Positions 29,291 to 32,000 of a stretch of 32,000 nt of DNA are shown in pieces. The position numbers and the translations under genes are program-made. The stretch comes from Candidatus Velamenicoccus archaeovorus (lineage in GTDB: Bacteria; Omnitrophota; Gorgyraeia; Velamenicoccales; Velamenicoccaceae). Under the pieces are notes generated by a model. That model was not told where the DNA came from. It saw only the letters and a program-made list of their open reading frames with translations, and ran no database searches. The stretch spans positions 360,001 through 392,000 of the forward strand of contig NZ_CP019384.1 in the NCBI RefSeq assembly GCF_004102945.1. The letters are read 5' to 3'. How positions within the stretch are numbered: the stretch's first letter is position 1; each line of letters starts with the position of its first letter.

Positions 29291-30093
29291 ATATTCTTGA
29301 TGAGATTGTCCTGCAGACGCGTCAGGATCTTGAGCGCCGCAAAGAAGAAACATCCCAGCGGGACCTTTTGAAGCGCCTGGAAGGTCCATTAGAGGCCCCG
29401 CGGTTCAAGGCGGCCCTTGCCGTCCCCGGCAGGATACACCTCGTCGCAGAGATCAAAAAATCCTCCCCGTCTTGCGGCGTCATCCGCCCCGACTTCGACC
29501 CTCTTGCGATCGCCTCGGCTTACGCCCAGGCGGGCGTCAGCGCTTTGTCCATTTTGACGGAAGAAAAATATTTCGGCGGCAGGCTTGCGTATCTGGATGA
29601 GGTCAGAAGGGCCGTTTCTCTGCCGGTCCTGCGCAAGGATTTCATCGTCGACGAATACCAGATTTACGAGTCCAAAGCGCACGGAGCGGACGCGGTCTTG
29701 TTGATCGCCTCCCTTTTGGACCGGCCGGCCCTGCGCCGTTTCGCCCGGCTGGCCTCTGATTGTTCGCTCGACGTTCTTTTGGAGATTCACGACGAGGCTG
29801 AGGTCGAAATGGTTGCAGAAGCGCCTCAAGCGCTCATCGGCATCAACACGCGTAACCTTAAGGATTTTTCCACGGATTTCGGCGTCTTGACGCGGCTGGC
29901 CGGTAGACTTCCCAAAGACAGACTGGTTATTTGCGAGAGCGGCGTCAAGGACAAAGGGGATCTCGCATTGATCAAAGAGGCCGGCGTGAGCGGTGTTTTG
30001 GTCGGCACAAGCCTTATGCGCGCCAAAGACCCCGGCGCGCTCGCCGCGGTATTCGTTTCTTTCCTGAAGTCATCCGCTGTCGTAGGAGATTAA
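29287..30093 (+). CDS. trpC: indole-3-glycerol-phosphate synthase
   Basis: NILDEIV N-terminus, EIKKSSPSCGVIR, LRKDFIVDEYQIYE, GINTRNLKDF and ESGV. Confidence 0.95.
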   Translation: MNILDEIVLQTRQDLERRKEETSQRDLLKRLEGPLEAPRFKAALAVPGRIHLVAEIKKSSPSCGVIRPDFDPLAIASAYAQAGVSALSILTEEKYFGGRLAYLDEVRRAVSLPVLRKDFIVDEYQIYESKAHGADAVLLIASLLDRPALRRFARLASDCSLDVLLEIHDEAEVEMVAEAPQALIGINTRNLKDFSTDFGVLTRLAGRLPKDRLVICESGVKDKGDLALIKEAGVSGVLVGTSLMRAKDPGALAAVFVSFLKSSAVVGD

Positions 30094-30230
30094 AGGTTTA
30101 TTTTATCGGTAGATGTCACTAGGGTGTTCATGGTTGACTGTATGCGGATGACCTCTCCGAAGTCAAGCGCGCAAGCTGCTTGGCGAAGGAGGGTTTATAG
30201 GCAGCACGGACTTAAAATCTGTAGAGTTCC

Positions 30231-30860
30231 ATGAGCGTCAACGTTAAGATCTGCGGGGTCACGAACCTACGCGATGCCAGGGTTGCTGTGGCTGCGGGCG
30301 CGGATTTCCTCGGGTTTGTTTTTTACAAGAAAAGCCCGCGTTACATCCCGCCTTCCAGGGCCCGCCGCCTGATCAGCCGGCTGCCCCGGACGGTCCGCAA
30401 GGTTGGAGTCTTTGTCAACGAAGACAAAGAGCGCGTGAAGGCGGTGGCGGCGTCCTGCGGTCTGGACATGGTGCAGTTTCACGGCACAGAGACGCCGGCC
30501 TACGTGAATTCTTTTAAAGGATGCGGCGTCATCAAGGCGGTCCGCGTCCGGGATCGCCGTTCTTTGGAGGGTTTGGACCGGTATCGGGCGGATTTTTTTC
30601 TTCTGGATACTTTCCGCCGGTGTCGCTTCGGCGGAACGGGTGCGACGTTCGCCTGGAAGGTCCTGGCGCCTCTCGCAGACAAGAAGGCGAAGATCATTGT
30701 TTCTGGCGGCCTGACGCCGGAGAATGTCGGCGGGTTCTTAAAAGTTTTCAGACCTTACGGCGTTGATGTCTCCAGCGGCGTGGAGAAGGCACCCGGTAAA
30801 AAAGACCATAAACGCGTCAAGAGGTTCATAGATGCCGTGAAGGGTTTTGAGGGGAGATGA
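30231..30860 (+). CDS. trpF: phosphoribosylanthranilate isomerase
   Basis: VKICGVTNLRDA, GADFLGFVFYKKSPRY, VQFHG, LLDTF...GGTG and GLTPENV. Confidence 0.93.
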   Translation: MSVNVKICGVTNLRDARVAVAAGADFLGFVFYKKSPRYIPPSRARRLISRLPRTVRKVGVFVNEDKERVKAVAASCGLDMVQFHGTETPAYVNSFKGCGVIKAVRVRDRRSLEGLDRYRADFFLLDTFRRCRFGGTGATFAWKVLAPLADKKAKIIVSGGLTPENVGGFLKVFRPYGVDVSSGVEKAPGKKDHKRVKRFIDAVKGFEGR

Positions 30861-30870
30861 GGTTGTGATG

Positions 30871-30957
30871 AATAACCAAATTCCAAGAAACAAACACGTA
30901 AACGTTTGGTTATTTGAATTTGGTGTTTGATTATTGTTTCTTGATCATTGGTGATTT
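30871..30957. repeat. CAA/TTG-rich palindromic element, copy C (minimal 87-bp form)
   Basis: AATAACCAAATTCCAAGAAAC...TTGTTTCTTGATCATTGGTGATTT. Perfect internal pairs: AATAACCAAA/TTTGGTTATT, CCAAATTC/GAATTTGG and CAAGAAACAA/TTGTTTCTTG. Confidence 0.7.
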
Positions 30958-30972
30958 ACTCAAGGAGTTCTT

Positions 30973-31266
30973 ATGACAATAAAGCAGTGGATCGAGTTAT
31001 GTCACGCGACAGCCAAGGAAAAGGGGTGGTGGGATTTCGAGCGCTCCGACGGCGAGCTCATCGCTTTGATGCATTCCGAGCTTTCCGAGGCACTGGAGGC
31101 GATGCGTAACGACCTGGGCAAGGACGCCATCGCCGAGGAGCTGGCGGATTGTTGTATCCGCATCTTTGATTATTGCGGCGCCCGCGGCCTGGATTTAGAG
31201 GAGGCGCTCAAGAAGAAAGCCGAGAAGAACAAAAGCCGGCCGTATCGGCATGGAAAGAAATTTTAA
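30973..31266 (+). CDS. small MazG-like all-alpha NTP pyrophosphohydrolase family protein
   Basis: 97 aa. Paired acidic helices SELSEALEA and AEELADCCIRIFDY are typical of MazG/dimeric-dUTPase-like pyrophosphohydrolases. SD AAGGAG lies 6 nt upstream. Confidence 0.7.
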   Translation: MTIKQWIELCHATAKEKGWWDFERSDGELIALMHSELSEALEAMRNDLGKDAIAEELADCCIRIFDYCGARGLDLEEALKKKAEKNKSRPYRHGKKF

Positions 31267-31270
31267 TGAG

Positions 31271-31517
31271 GGCATGACTTAGCGAGCCGATGGCCGTAGG
31301 CGGTGAAGCTAAGTCATCAGCCCGAATTAATCCGCCAATGTACTGGTGGCGGATGGCACCATGGCATGACTTAGCGAGCCGATGGCCGTAGGCGGTGAAG
31401 CTAAGTCATCAGCCCGAATTAATCCGCCAATGTACTGGTGGCGGATGGCACCATGGCATGACTTAGCGAGCCGATGGCCGTAGGCGGTGAAGCTAAGTCA
31501 TCAGCCCGAATTAATCC
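31271..31517 (+). repeat. tandem repeat, 92-bp unit x 2.7, identical copies, each unit with two hairpins
   Basis: Units start at 31271, 31363 and 31455. Hairpin 1 is ATGACTTAGC...GCTAAGTCAT around the heptads GCCGATG GCCGTAG GCGGTGA. Hairpin 2 is ATCCGCC-11 nt-GGCGGAT. Confidence 0.9.
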
Positions 31518-31569
31518 CGCGAGTACCGTAAAATTCTGGAAGAATTTTACGATATCTTACGGAGCGGGG
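31516..31569. repeat. CCCGCGAGTA...GCGGGG hairpin element, copy 2
   Basis: CCCGC/GCGGG closing pair. Perfect inner hairpin CGTAAAATTC-TGGAA-GAATTTTACG. It replaces hairpin 2 of the third tandem unit. Confidence 0.6.
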
Positions 31570-31612
31570 CAAGTGACGTAACTTGAGTAACATTCATTAT
31601 AGGAGTTAATAT

Positions 31613-31759
31613 ATGTTTAATCTCCCCGACATGGCCAAGCTGGCGCAAACGGCCAAAGAAGTGCAGGACAAGCAACACCGGATGGAAGAGAGGAAGCTTG
31701 AAATCCTCCAGAGGATCGAGCAGAAGCTTGACCGGATTCTGGAAGAGTTGAAAAAGTGA
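31613..31759 (+). CDS. hypothetical 48-aa coiled-coil-like protein
   Basis: AGGAG at 31601-31605, 7 nt before ATG 31613. Translation MFNLPDMAKLAQTAKEVQDKQHRMEERKLEILQRIEQKLDRILEELKK. No family recognised. Too short to appear on the ORF track. Confidence 0.4.
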   Translation: MFNLPDMAKLAQTAKEVQDKQHRMEERKLEILQRIEQKLDRILEELKK

Positions 31760-31880
31760 AGCTCCGCTTTATCGGCGCTTCGCGAAACCCCGCACCGAAA
31801 GCCTTTCGGGCTTTGCACCTTCATCCCCGGACAGCCTGTCTGCCGGCAAGGCGGGGAGTCTGGGGCTTTCTGGCACTGAG
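31754..31880 (+). repeat. stop-codon-anchored repeat element, copy 2
   Basis: Same AAGTGAAGCTCCGC, GCACCGAAAG (31792), CCTTCATCCCC (31818) and TTTCTGG (31867) blocks as at 7861-7995. Confidence 0.65.
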
Positions 31881-31926
31881 TAAAATTCGTCCAACGTCTT
31901 GATGTTTTCAGGGGAGGGGGCCTGGG

Positions 31927-32000
31927 ATGTTTAAAAATTTAAAAAAGGCGGCACGAGAACTGGAAGAAATCCGCGCATTAAGCGGGTTGATGGCCAACCT
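31927..32000 (+). CDS. hypothetical protein, 5' end only (runs off the window)
   Basis: G-rich SD-like GGGGAGGGGG upstream of ATG 31927. The open frame MFKNLKKAARELEEIRALSGLMAN runs to the window edge. Confidence 0.3.
   Translation, partial: MFKNLKKAARELEEIRALSGLMAN

Noticed and set aside
31271-31517. Possible CRISPR array.
   Set aside because: The repeats are 92 bp and directly abutting with no unique spacers. No cas genes are in the window.

Overview
GC-rich bacterial chromosome segment. Every gene I can support lies on the + strand: 30 solid CDS plus 2 tentative small or partial ORFs. Genes are tightly packed and often translationally coupled (ATGA/GTGA start-stop overlaps at 406, 8720, 21898, 25251, 28271, 29287; a 13-nt overlap at 14184). 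Most content is core housekeeping: pyk 3' end, DUF2905, a SpoIID-like protein, queA, tgt, trmD, rplS, rnhB, yraN, polA, glgA, coaE, rho, rpmE, prfA, prmC, murA and trpG-D-C-F. Two coding blocks stand out. (1) An 872-aa STT3/PglB/AglB-type oligosaccharyltransferase sits between queA and tgt with no glycosylation genes next to it. (2) A Wood-Ljungdahl block, fhs-fchA-folD-metF-(short flavoprotein)-acsB, contains acetyl-CoA synthase but no CODH, corrinoid protein, methyltransferase or MetV in the window. The non-coding DNA is the least ordinary part. At least five short hairpin-forming repeat families recur in the intergenic gaps: (a) an AT-rich CAA/TTG palindromic element at three gene ends; (b) a shared long-hairpin module in the rplS and rpmE leaders; (c) a ~130-nt element anchored on the stop codon of two unrelated ORFs; (d) a CCCGCGAGTA...GCGGGG hairpin; (e) a 92-bp tandem array. 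There is also a 241-bp inverted-repeat-closed multi-stem element upstream of glgA. I saw no rRNA, tRNA, CRISPR array, transposase or integrase. TGA is used as an ordinary stop. The organism cannot be assigned from the sequence alone; the Wood-Ljungdahl genes suggest an anaerobe.
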